A DNA stretch of 63,946 nt, counting the filler, from Phoronis australis (taxonomy: Eukaryota; Animalia; Phoronida), in NCBI GenBank assembly GCA_002633005.1. It is 12 parts of 12 records of this genome, joined end to end, with 100 filler letters (N's around TTAATTAATTAA, not from the genome) between each part and the next. Parts side by side here need not be neighbours in the genome. Positions count along the whole stretch, not along the records: positions 30,362 to 38,847 come from NMRA01001891.1; positions 38,948 to 42,936 come from NMRA01002754.1; positions 43,037 to 47,732 come from NMRA01001861.1; positions 47,833 to 53,045 come from NMRA01002388.1; 8 more parts are not named here. One strand, 5' to 3'. Both the position numbers and the translations under genes were made by a program. The notes below the pieces were generated by a model. That model ran no database searches. It saw nothing but the letters and a program-made list of their open reading frames with translations, and was not told where the DNA came from. How positions within the stretch are numbered: position 1 is the first letter of the stretch; each line of letters begins with the position of its first letter. Shown here piece after piece: positions 38,501 to 50,708 of this stretch.

Positions 38501-38630
38501 CTGGCTTGGACAGTGCCAGGACCGGCCTGAACACTAATGAGACAATCAGAGAACCACACATTGGGTTGGTGTCTGCTGTAATCACATGGCGCTGGACAGG
38601 AACAGCCTTCTCTACAATCTTAGGCTCATT
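38501..38630 (-). CDS. Probable upstream exon of the C2 gene (end of a preceding C2 domain): NEPKIVEKAVPVQRHVITADTNPMCGSLIVSLVFRPVLALSKP
   Basis: Acceptor ttgcttttgcag; G-x-L-x-V-x-L-x-F-x-P resembles the terminal C2 strand; donor CAG|gtgcag is tentative. Confidence 0.6.
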
Positions 38631-38947
38631 CTGCAAAAGCAACATTCAACACGTAATATTTTACTGCTCATCATGTTTGATATAATTTATTTTAGGAGCT
38701 GTTTCTGCATTGCATTTAACAACTTTACAGCTTCTAAGAGGCCTGCAATTTATCAATTTCAAATTTCAGAAGTGCTCCAGACCTGGCTTGCATTAAAAAC
38801 TGATATTTATCAGAGACCGGCCATTTACAAATTATTGCATTTGACAANNNNNNNNNNNNNNNNNNNNNNNNNNNNNNNNNNNNNNNNNNNNTTAATTAAT
38901 TAANNNNNNNNNNNNNNNNNNNNNNNNNNNNNNNNNNNNNNNNNNNN

Positions 38948-40206
38948 GTGGAGGCCACTGGAGGTTAGCGGAGGGCAGTGGAGGCCAGTGGAGGCCATTG
39001 GAAGTCAGCGGAGGCCCATGGCCACCAGTGGAGGCCAGTGGAACGGAGTGGAGTCCTGTGCAGGCCTGTGGAGGCCATTGGAGGCCATTGGAGACCAGTA
39101 GAGGAAAGTTCAGGCCAATGAAGGCCAGTGGCGGCCAGAGGAGTCTAGTGGAAGACACTGGATGTCAGTGTACATCGGTGGAGGGCAGTGGAGGCCACTG
39201 GAGGCCCGTGCAGGTTGTTGGAGACCAACGGAGGACAGTGGAGGCCAGTGGAAGGGAATGGAGGCCAGTGGAGATTGGAATATTGCTGTGGAGGCCAGCA
39301 CAGTTTCTTAGAGGTCAGCAAAAGACAGCGGAAGACAGCGGAAGCCAGTGGAGTCCAGCGGATGTAGGCGGAGGCCTGCGGAGGCCACGGGAGCCCAGTG
39401 TAGGCTGCTGCAGGCCACTGGACTCCAGCTGAGGCCAGTGGAGGCCAGTGGAGGCCAGAGGAGGTCTGCAGAGGCCAAGGAAGCCAGGGAATGTAGCCGG
39501 TGGCCGGCGGAGGCCACGGAAGCCCAGTGGAGTTTACGTGAGGCCACTGGAGGCCAGTGGAGGCCAGAGGAGGCCACTGAAGGCCAGCGGAGGCCACTGG
39601 AGGCCAGCGGAGGTTTGTGGAGGCTAGTGCAGCCACCCGATGCCAGCAGAGGCCAGCGGAAGGTACTGGAGACCGGTGGAGGCGCCCGAAAGCCCGTGGA
39701 GGCAATTAAAGCAAGAAGAAGCGAGTGGCGGCCAATGGAGACCTGTGGAGGCGAGTAGACGCCAGTGGAGGACATTGGAGGCCAGTGAAGACCAGTGGTG
39801 GCCAGTGGAGTCCAGTGGAATCCAGTGGAGGCCAGTGGAGGCCAGAGGAGGCCAGTGGAAACCAGTTGAGGCCAGTAGAGGCCAGTGGAGGCCAGTGGAG
39901 GCCAGTGGTGTCCAGTGGTGGCCAGTGTACGCCATTGGAGGCCAGTGGAAGCCATTGGAGGCTAGTGGAAGCCCGTAAAAGCCCTGGAGGACATTGGAGG
40001 CCAAGGGAGATCGGTGAAGACCATTGGAGACCAGTGGAATCAAGTGGAGGCCAGTGGACTCCAGTGGAGGCCAGTGAAGGCCAGCGGAGACCAGTGGAGG
40101 CCAGCGGAGACCAGTGGAGCTCAGTGGATGCCAGTAGAAGCGAGTGGAGGCCAATGGAGACCAGTGGAGGCAAGTAGACGCCAGTGGAGGCTGATAGAGA
40201 CCAGTG
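38948..40206. repeat. GC-rich 10-bp minisatellite (TGGAGGCCAG)n, about 125 degenerate units
   Basis: Direct reading; explains the cluster of repetitive ORFs on both strands. Confidence 0.97.
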
Positions 40207-40784
40207 AAAATGTCGAGTGTTCGTAGCTGATAAAAATATTTGCAGCATAGTGTACGTTTTCACAGGCGTTCGAATCGCATACGAGAGAACCATGGTGACA
40301 ACTTATAGTGAGAGAAACAAGAGAGAAGTTGATAAACATACTGAGTTTATTATACGCTAAATGTAAAATACAAAGCTATACAAACTTACAACACATCATT
40401 AGCTTCCGTCGTCATTGTACCCTCACTAGGTTTGGAACGGTTCCCAAATCGCCTAAGTCAGTTCCCAAAGTTGAGTAATGAAAAGATTGTAAATTAAAGT
40501 AAAAGCTAAAATTCGAGAAGCTGAGACTCTAACCCGATAGTAGCGAGACCCAATAGAGTTAAAAAGTTGAGATTTTTATCAGATAGAAATGAAACCCGGT
40601 AGAATCCGAAGTTTGAGCGTGAGGTGCCCATTTTTAAAGGCGTATTCGCATTGCGAATGTTCCAAGTTGCGCTAAATTAGGGGACTCAAGTTAAACGTAA
40701 AAACCAATCAAAATACAAAGTGAAAATTTCGTCATCGGAAGTGCCAAATAAGGAATTGACCATCTTAAACCCCTCTAAAATAAA

Positions 40785-42936
40785 CGGGCAAATCACAATT
40801 AAGGTCCATATTCGGTGGCCACTTTTGGTGAAAAATGAAGGTTGTAACATAACTGTAAAAGCTAATTTATTATAAAGTACCATCATTCCAGGTTTACAAT
40901 CTAAAATATTTTTGCACAAGAACCACCAAATAAAATTTTATGGCCTAATGCATCACANAGAAGTATCACATACTAAAGTAAAAAAAATTATTACCGTGCT
41001 GATCAAGTTCCTCTAGATGATCATTACATTGCTTATCTTAACACAGTATAGTGAGAACTTCTTCTCTTGCAATATTATCCTTACAAAAGGAAAATGATAA
41101 GTATCTTATTTATTATTTATTATTTATTATTGTGGTATTTATAATGAGGGTGGCCTCTTCAGTGATAGCAATGCTTTCCAAGAGGGCCCTCAAAAACAAA
41201 ACTACTACTTTTTTTCAAAAAATTTATTGGTGCTTTTTGCCTAGTTTTCAACACATTCACCAGTTGGTCAAAATAGTTAAAGCAATGCTAGGCCCAGTAC
41301 TCAACTTCTAAACAATAAAAATGGTACTGGTTGGGGGGTCGTGCACTACGCACAGTCAATCAATGTCAAATTTTGACTAAGGTACAAGTGTATGGGATGA
41401 TCTCGAGTTTTGTGCTGCCTCTACTAGATGTTTTGTTGCAAGTTGTCTTGAGAAACAGAGAACATGACTCTGCAACATCAGTTGTCACATGACGTGTCTT
41501 CCAGGATGTTACTAGCCAAGTCCTGTGCTGCATTTTATTGCCCACAAATTTGATAATGTGCCATTGTTTTTCATTGTTTTATTTTTGTCAGACTGGATGC
41601 ATTTTGGAAACATCAGAATTGTTCATGAGAATAGCAGTATTTAAAAATACTTGTGGGCAATACTTTATGGCACAGAGGTTGAAAGTACGTACACTACACA
41701 TGGGTACGTACACTACATTTTAATGACTTGTCAGGTCTAGGTTTATAAAAAAATACTTAGAATCTACTGAAAGTTATTTCATATACCAAATCTACTCAAA
41801 GAGAACAAATAAAAGGTACAGCATACATGTGCATATCTGTCTGTCATTCTTTGAAAATAGGCAAACGTTAAATTTAGGGTTACGTACACTACACAAATGC
41901 TAATACTTCACTTAATACAAATGTATTTGTAATTAAGATCCTTTTAAGCTATCATTTTTAATGGAGGGAACTGTCTGTGACAAATATTGCTTACTTACCG
42001 TGTAATATTTTTGTTTCATGGTATTTGTTCACATCGGGGTACGTACACTAAACAGGGGTACGTACAATACATTTTAATGACGTGTCAGGTTTGTAACTAA
42101 ATACTAAGAATGTACTGAGAGTTAGTCGATTTACTAAATCGATACAAAGAGAAAAAAAATTAAAAGCACAGCATTCATGTGCATATCTGCCATACTTTTA
42201 AAATAGGCATAAATTAAAATATAGGGATACGTACACTACACGAATGCTAATATTTCACTCAAAACAAATGTATTTGCAATAAACATCCTTTTAACCTAAC
42301 AATTTTAAGAAAGGAAACTGTCTATGACCAATGTTGCTCACTTACCAGGTGATATTTTAATTTCATTGCATTTGTAAACATGGGGTACGTACACTACAGG
42401 GGGGGGGGTGTACGTACACTACATCACTGTTTCTGCATCACGTGGTAACATAATGTTGTATGGCCATTTATTTTTCTTTGAGGATAATAAGCACCATGTT
42501 GTTATTTAAAATGTAACAATTTCACTTGCAATGACCATTTGTGTTACTGAATTCCACATGGGGGTACGTACACTACGTTTTTTTAGCTTTTTTGGCCCAT
42601 TTTCAACATAGCAGAACCCAGTCAATATCCAAACTTTTGGTTTGTTTAGATATTGAATAATTTGCTGTGTTGCTTAGGCTAACATGTTCTTCAGTTCTTT
42701 TTATTACAGAGTGTGAACTTAAGTTTTAAACCTTCTTTACAGTAGGTGAGGGTTAGAAACACAGAATTTACAAATTTCGTAACGAGTGCCTGTTTTATGA
42801 TGAACACAACCATTTCTCGATAATAATCAACCACAACTTCATTAAGTGATTCTGAAAGTAACTCAAGTTATTCCCAGTCATATCTAAGCAGTTCCTTACT
42901 TAATTGAATAAATTTCTTTTCTACTGTTGACACCTG
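40785..42936 (-). mobile_element. Second copy of the ~2.1-kb TIR element, opposite orientation, truncated by the spacer
   Basis: Begins cgggcaaatcacaattaaggtccatatt; colinear reverse-complement similarity to about 53750-55630. Confidence 0.9.
41104..41200 (-). mobile_element. Short insertion resembling a LINE/SINE 3' tip (stem-loop plus (AATAAAT)n tail)
   Basis: Absent from the sister element at about 55205; minus strand gagggccctctt...aagaggccaccctc stem followed by aataataaataataaat. Confidence 0.65.
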
Positions 42937-43036
42937 NNNNNNNNNNNNNNNNNNNNNNNNNNNNNNNNNNNNNNNNNNNNTTAATTAATTAANNNNNNNN
43001 NNNNNNNNNNNNNNNNNNNNNNNNNNNNNNNNNNNN

Positions 43037-44407
43037 AAACAGGACCTACGGGGATCAAATGGGACCGCCGCACCAGAAAATGAGACTGACGCACCTAAAA
43101 ACATGACCGCCCCACCAGAAAACAGGACGGCCTGGGACTGAACATGACCGACGCAGATTGAAACCGCAATGACAAACAAGCTAAGATTTATTATCGGTAG
43201 GCCTACACAGATCATACAATGGAGCTATATACGTATGCATATGCAGGTCTTGTGCCAGTTAATCCAACGAAATCTTTTGTGCACTACAGGACACTTCGCT
43301 TTGTAACACGCGGCGCTTTTGAGTTTTAACCACAAACCAACCACGTTGCACGCTTTTGAGCTAAACAATTTTACCCACTGCGTAAGTTTTAGAACAAAAT
43401 GAAAATCATTTTCTCCAATTTGACATTTTAGTCAAGAAAAAAAAAACAGGTGGTCTGGTTCTCGGGTGAAGCATCATAATTAGCCTTTGTGCGGCAAAGC
43501 AGTAATACTAAATATACAGCTTGTCGCCGATGTGGGTAAAACACTGAACATATAAAATCTTCACCAAATTAGTGTTATTAACGACACTCTTCCTTGAGTA
43601 AACTAAATTATTTATCAGCGCTCGCCGGGAAAAAATGTCTTTCTGTCATTATTCTGCTGCTAAAACTTAGGTCGGCTTACATTGACCAGTTCCTTTTTTC
43701 ATTGATTCTTCAGTCAGCTCTTCTTTTCATCTATGAGGTTGCATACATGGCACAACAAATTATCGGAACTGGTTTCATTTCGTCATAAGTTTTTAGTATT
43801 TTACTACCAGCAAACTGAATTTCAGAACAAATCGTGCTGCTGCAAAGTTGAGTCATCATCTTCCCAAAGATGTCGCAAAATTTTAGGAAATGGCGCGTGC
43901 TCATGTTACGAGCGTGACAGACTTTTTTGTTACAACAGGCAAACAAATGACGTTCATTAGACTGTTTTTCAATCAAGCAGCTGCAACCCGCTGCAAGGTG
44001 AGTGTTGATTGACTCCTAGATTTTGCATGAGCCTGCTCCGCTCTCTAGCTCTACATGTTTCACGACGAGGTGACGAGCAGAACTATACCCGGGCTGTGGG
44101 AAATTTTGGGGATGTAACGGAGCTCAATAACGCAGTGCTACCAAGCTTTATTTTGGCGAGTCTTTAGACTGATAGCTGACCAGTTACGTCATAACCCGCA
44201 GTATCATACAAAGGCCTTGTAACTACATTTTGTCCGGCTGTCATGTTCAGTCCCAGCCGGTCCTGTTTTGTGGTGGGGCGGTCAAGTTTTTAGGTGCGTC
44301 AGTCCCACTTTCTGGTGCGGCGGTATCATTTTTGATCCCCAGAGGTCCTGTTTTGGGCGAGTCAGTCCGATTTAGAGGACCGGCGGTCATGCTGTTTCTC
44401 ACCCGTG
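43037..44407. mobile_element. Non-autonomous element with long (>110 bp) terminal inverted repeats; left tip lost in the spacer
   Basis: 43037-43148 is a close reverse complement of about 44240-44353; right end ...tttctcacccgtg. Confidence 0.85.
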
Positions 44408-45076
44408 ATATACCAATCTTTAAAAGCAAAACATCTCAATTTCTGCTTGAATTTCCATGTCCTAAACTTACTCAATGCACCACGAGTGTACAGGTGCTAA
44501 TGCAAACCCTCACCTTTGCTGCATTGCATTTGCTGCTCCACTATCACTGAGTCTACCTAATTGCTGAGACTATGGTCAGATATATTTGACTTATCTAAGA
44601 TGAAGGGATTGACTTTCATGCTTTTCTTGCCTTATCAGCTCGGATAATCGGCTGTGCCAAATGAACGCACTGCTGGACTTCGCGTGTAGTATTTATATAC
44701 TTGGCAATGTCACAGTCTTGGGGGATCCACACGTGCATACCACAAGTATGCCTTGACAAACATGAAAGCATTTTAAATTTAGGAAATTCAGTCTGAAACT
44801 TAGAAGACTAAAGGCGTCACAAGTTCCATGCGCTCAATTCCGTGAGTTTCCTTATATCAAAACAAGACACATGAGGCGCTCGATGGCAAATGAAATGGTA
44901 GAACGTGCTATCCTCCAAAATATGGAGATTAAAAACACATTTTACAACAACAGAAATAAACTGATTAAAATTTCTTTTGTAAACGTTTTACATTACGTTT
45001 TCTACTGAACACACCCTCTTCTGATGACAAAAATTACATTGTTTTGTTAATTTTTACGAGACAAGCTGGTTCACAC

Positions 45077-45085
45077 AAAGGATAC
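45077..45085 (-). promoter_or_regulatory. U12-type (minor spliceosome) 5' splice site GTATCCTTT
   Basis: Exact U12 GT-type donor consensus at the point where ELOF1 similarity stops. Confidence 0.85.
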
Positions 45086-45156
45086 AATTTACAGTTGTTT
45101 GGAAGTCCTCAAGACACACGCGGCATGTGATTATCCCTGTGTTACGTTCGCGATCA
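45086..45156 (-). CDS. ELOF1: Transcription elongation factor 1 homolog, coding exon 2: (I)DRERNTGIITCRVCLEDFQTTVN
   Basis: Acceptor ttgtattttcag; second CxxC of the zinc ribbon; 71 nt, phase 2 to 1. Confidence 0.96.
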
Positions 45157-46453
45157 CTGAAAATACAAAAAGAAAACTTCAACTTTGGGGAAAGTAACTT
45201 GCCTACTCAGAGACTGCGTTTCTGCTATTCTGGACTTTTCGGACTACACTCCAGTCCTTTGTCAACCAATGACGGCAGTTCTGTGATCCGAAAGTAGTAT
45301 AGGCTCCTATATTGGAGAAAGTTTTTAAATCCCTAGTCATAATTCATAGTAGGCTTGCTGGCTTTGATAAAGATGACCTTAATCATGACCAGGGACTCCA
45401 ACTTCCTCCTATACATGAGGTAACTACTTACAGGTCACAGAACGGCAGAAAATGTTGACAAACCGTCCTTCGACGACAAAGAATTGCAGAATACAGTCCT
45501 AAACAAGAGCACCGTTTCTGACTTAGCGAATTACTTCACCCTAACCCCATGAGAGACTATGAAAAACCTTTTCCTACCATTCTCTCATTCTTGTCTGCAG
45601 AAATGTTCACTGGCTATCATGATTTGTTGGGAAATAAAAACTTCAGGTCATAACCACAGTGAAGAAGAGATGCAAACAACAACACTGCACAGATTACATT
45701 TGCATTTGTTTGTTTTAGAACACTGTAAAATGTTTTTGAATCCAACAGAAATCGCATCAACACTGACTAAAGGTACCAGCCCATCTCTGCATCATTTCTG
45801 TAGCTGTGAAGGTCACAATGTCGCAATAACATATTGCACTGAGTTCATTTAAACATTTTAAAAAGTTTGTAGTAATTAAGTAAAAGAAGTTTGAGAAAAC
45901 CAACAGGGGGAGAACAAGTGTCGCTCATTTTTTCTATTAAAAACATCCCTTAATGCCAAAACATAAGTTCAAAAATTTATTGACGGAAACGTGATCATTT
46001 GTTTTAAAATTTTACAATGGCCATTTTTACAAATGCATTTACTGTTTCACAGTATTGTAAAATTTCAAGAACACATAGCAGAATCAGCAATATCTTGTTT
46101 AATCAAAATTTTCACCAAGAGTAAAAAGAAGACAATTTTACTGGAATTTTTTTATCAAAACTTTATATTTAATTATGACTGCCATGATGAAATTTTTTGG
46201 CAAAACATTGAGCATTTTGAAAAACGAAAAAATGACAATTTTGGCCATTATCTTTGTTCGAATTTGAAGACACTTTTAAGTGTCCTTCTTGATAAGACAT
46301 ATCCATGAACCGCTGACCTATCTAGCCAGACAAACATAGAAACTCTTAGTGGCCTAAGTTCTTGAGAAAAGGCATGGCTTCATTTCCATGCCCATACCTC
46401 TTCAACTGTTCCAGAGAAATGTAATTCAGTTAGACACAAATATTTTCACTTAC

Positions 46454-46569
46454 ATTGTAACTTCACAAGACTTCTCGTGGTTACAAAATGGACAGTTGAA
46501 TTGTTTATCCAGCGGCTGAATCATCTTCGTTTTAGGAGGGGGTTTCCTCGCCTTCTTACGTCGTCCCAT
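46454..46569 (-). CDS. ELOF1: Transcription elongation factor 1 homolog, coding exon 1: [38 protein letters not shown]
   Basis: MGRRK..RKPPPK and [12 protein letters not shown] signature; ATG 2 nt after acceptor tattttcag; donor gtaagt. Confidence 0.97.
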
Positions 46570-48336
46570 TTCTGAAAATATTCAACGTATTTATTCAAAG
46601 AAAAGAGCACATACTTCAGCACAGAATGCCATGAAAACACTGAGATCGCAACAAAGTTTGAGTAGAACACTAAATACGTAGTTTTAATTCATGTCAGGGT
46701 ATGAATTTAGTACTCACTAGCAGAAACCTATTTGTCCAAACAAAAAAACTGCGAATACAAAGCCAACTGAAAAAAAAAATTATCCACTTGAGGGCACAGC
46801 GGTAGTCTGATCAATCTGGAATTCATAGCCATCTGTTACCAATTTAATAGAAGTACATAGACTGACTAATTTATTAGGCCCTGCAAGCCGTTACAAAGAT
46901 AAAACCTTCATCAGATGTGGACACCCGGACAGAGATAACAGCAATGCAAATAACAATGAGCTCTACTGTACACCACCCGCATGAAAACAGCAATTACCTC
47001 CAAGTTTTACTTGGTGCAAATTCCATCCACTCCAAGGGTTTTCATTTGACAAGAGTTTTCCAGTTTTCCACAAGCTATTTCTCCCATTAAAAAGTAGCCA
47101 ACCCGGTACAATCAAGCGCATGAGCTGAACTCAAGAAAATGAAGAGTTTCTATCATTACTTGCCCTTATTTATTTTAAATGGCTTTGTTGTGTACTACAA
47201 GAATTTCAAGCAGTGTCATCCAGTGTAAAACGTGTGTTATTCAGTGATTGCCCGATTCTCAAAATGACGGCATATTACGTCCACATATAAATATGTGGGC
47301 GTATAACTAGTGACAGCTGTGTGATGCATATCCTAATAAAGTCCGAAAGCCAGAAGATTTTCAGCAAATTACACTTAACTCAGGCTAAACTAAACTACAT
47401 GAGCTCAAGATCAAATGGAAATGTACAGAAGGTTATGGAGAGGTCACCCGCCTGTAAGCCAAGTCACGAGGCGGCAGCACAGACGGGCAACCTGTCTATG
47501 ACTGCTGTTGTGACATGAGACTTCCAGGTTTTGACGCAGAGTTGAATAAAGCCTCTACAAATCACTTGTGTATAGGCCATTGCCTCATGGTCAAATAGTA
47601 TGGACACTTGACTCTCCCACCGGCGGCCGAAGCAAGATACTTGATGTCAGTATCCGGTATGCGAATTTTTATACACTATGGCACTGGATGGATACAGTGG
47701 CATCTAGCTAAGAGAGTCAGCCAATCACAGAANNNNNNNNNNNNNNNNNNNNNNNNNNNNNNNNNNNNNNNNNNNNTTAATTAATTAANNNNNNNNNNNN
47801 NNNNNNNNNNNNNNNNNNNNNNNNNNNNNNNNAGGCCCTTAGAGGGAGGGTGGGAACGTCTGACTCACTAATCTCTAGGTGTGTGTTGAAGAACAGTGAA
47901 GAAAACATGGTACCTGAAAGTTTCATTGGAATTCGTTTAGCCATTTCTGAGATATCATTTTCCTAAATTAGCCATATTTGGGCATTTTTCTGAGGCTTCT
48001 ACATATTGTGAACAGTTTTGTTCCCCACGCCTAATGTTGATGTCTGGCATTGAGGTGTATTCAAACTAAAGAAAAAAAGTGTCTGTACATTTTGTTAATG
48101 GATCATATGTTTCATGTCACATGACTTTTCTGAAAATCAGTCTTTGATGTTACAAATTTCTTTAAAATACAGTTTTGTTGCTAATTGATTTGACCAGCTT
48201 CTGCCTCTTTGTTTTTTCTAGGTAAATTCTCCAGGTGTACATGAAAACGATAGCTGAGGCATCTGTCTCATGAAAGGTAAGTGTTGGTATACTGGCAGTC
48301 CGTCACAGTTGCAACAGTTGTGTTTAAAGGCACTTG

Positions 48337-50708
48337 CTGTATTCGCCCTAATAACCGCCCCTGCCACTATAAGCACCCTCCCCACGCATTTTCAGACTTG
48401 CCTAAAATAAGTGCACAATCCATGAACATGTACGTGCGAAAAATGCCTTACCTACAGTTCTAACATTCTACAATAATGTCTTCAATTTATTAATAAGATC
48501 TGACAGTCCTGAGAAAAGTCAATGAGCGTGGAATTTTGTAGACGACGAGCCTCGCCGCTATGTGGGTATTTAGCCGTGACTATACACTTCAAACTTCGCC
48601 GTGCTTCAAAAAGAACGCATAAGTTTTGCTGATCTTGCGAGGAACTTGTCCCATTATGGCCTGGCCTTTCAGAACAGACGCAGCATACTTATCAAAGGGA
48701 TTGTATTGTATCTTTCCTTTACCGATCGTTCTCAAGAGGAATCCAAATTTCTTTGAACACATGAAAATCGCAAATCGAAGACTAATAAAAAATTGATCTT
48801 CGTTAAAAGTACGTGTCCTGGAAACGCACACTACATACATGTACCTGCCATCGAAGACATTCTTCGCGAACTATCTATTCATGAAATGGGTAGCATAGCA
48901 TGGGCAAGAAACAAATATTGGCACTAATTTCCGAAAGTTTCTAATACCTTGAAAAACATCCGCGTTATTTTTAGGAGGCATTATTTAATTAATCATAATT
49001 GGTGTTTTTAAAGTCAAAATAACCCACTGATAGGGAACACTTCCGGGCCCTTACATTCCTGAATCTCCCAGAAAATAACTGTTAGACTGTCACGCATCCA
49101 GTCACCCGGCGACTCTCCAAGACAATTCTCAAACGTTTTATAGCAGATGAGATCAGCAAGGGCTAAATAACACACGTTCTGCTTTATTGCTTGCGTTAAT
49201 TTCTTTTGTTACAATGCACACCTAGATCGTTACATTGGGTTTACTCTGGCAAATGATCTCTGATGACACGCACGCGCTCGCTCACTCACACAATACGCCG
49301 ACGAACTTCCAAACAAACATCACGTGACAACAACATGTGTTCCTCCAGAGATTTTTCTCGTGTTTTGGGATACAATCTAGTGCAGATTTGGACTTAATAT
49401 GCAGTTAATCTCGTCTGCACAGGAACTATTCTTAGGGACGCTATTTTGAAAACTTTTAAGGAGGACTTCTGGTAATTTGTTGAGTCAAAACTGTATTTTC
49501 ATTCAAGAATTTAAGTTGCTCTATCAACGACCGCGAGGCAGCGACAAATCAGTCGGTGAGTCTTCGCCCTGGAATTTCAGCACAATTTTCTGAAAAATGA
49601 TCCAAATTTAACAACGAAGCTTGATAGCAATGCACCACAATTTTGTAGAAAGTCCGTCATAGGTTACAGATAGTCACAGAGCGTAAATATGATGAATCCT
49701 AGCTTAATATTTCACCCGTTTCAAAGACTGGGTTTCAACCGGCTTAGGTTATAATAAGCGTCCCCCTCCTGAAATGAATTTTTCTAAGCGCCCTGTGCCC
49801 GGTTGCATGAAACAGTCCCTAATTAGGGACTTAATCAAGTTACCAAACTTGTTAGGGAAGTCCCTATAAGGATTTTGTTTAAGGACTGTTGCATGAAGAG
49901 GTCCTACACTCGGTTCTTATTGGGAGCGCCCTAAATCCGAAGCAAGTTCCTAGAGCCGAACAAACACCATGGCTAAGGTCGCTTAATATGGCAAAAATTA
50001 CTATCAACGAGAGAATACCTGTCACATTTACGTCCTCTGTTCCACCTTTTGAATGATTGTTTGAGTAGAGTGCACACTCAATGTGCATTATCTGAGAATT
50101 CGAGTTTCTACAGCTGTTGAGAGAGCAGACGATCGATTGTGGCCACCCATGCTAATGTAAATTAAAAAACAGTAAGTCGTGGCGAACTGGTGAGAATACC
50201 AGAATCTCTGGTAGGAGTCGCCGCGCTTCCCAACTCGCTGTTAAAGTCGGATGCTCGGGGAATTAAGTAAGACATGGGGTAAGTCATGGCACTTATAGTA
50301 ATCGATAAATTCAGTTTACGATGGAACTACTTACCTGTATAGTGGGTGAGATCACGCCTTTCCTGTTCGACAACTCCAGTTTCTCTTCAAGTTCTCTAAC
50401 TATCATGAATATCCCAGCCCTTCGTTTAGCTCACTGACCTGTCGCTTAACGTCTCAAGCGGGCTAGTTTTGTCACGGAAAATTCTTTTCAACAGCTTGAT
50501 CAGCCATTTTATTGCTAGGGACTCAACTTAGGGACTTATGTTAGGTAACCCCAAAAGTTGAGTCCCTATTTAATGCCTGAACTAACTGGGAACTTTTCAT
50601 GCAACAGTCCCTAAAATTTCGAGAGGTCCCTTAGACTTAAGGACATCCCTAACATTTAGGGACTGTTTCATGCAACTGGGCACTGGGCGCTTATTAGGGC
50701 GAATATGG
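48337..50708. mobile_element. Non-autonomous DNA transposon with C(C/T)(G/A)TATTCGCCCTAATAA(G/C)CGCCC TIRs (pogo/Tigger-like ends)
   Basis: ctgtattcgccctaataaccgccc at 48337 and gggcgcttattagggcgaatatgg ending at 50708; internal segment about 49060-49150 also occurs at about 2850-2960. Confidence 0.8.
49796..50682. mobile_element. 887-bp Harbinger-like MITE, 27-bp TIR (26/27 match), TSD CTG, nested in the end of the 48337-50708 element
   Basis: ctg|tgcccggttgcatgaaacagtccctaa ... ttagggactgtttcatgcaactgggca|ctg. Confidence 0.92.

Noticed and set aside
40240-40300. SNACENVHYAAN on the minus strand as the missing ELOF1 last exon
   Set aside because: Lacks the conserved LSEPxDVYxDWID motif and lies on another contig
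38892-40339. Cluster of long overlapping ORFs (up to 215 aa) with LHWPPLASTG / QWRPVEASGG repeats
   Set aside because: By-product of a stop-poor 10-bp satellite; the same peptides appear in all frames of each strand
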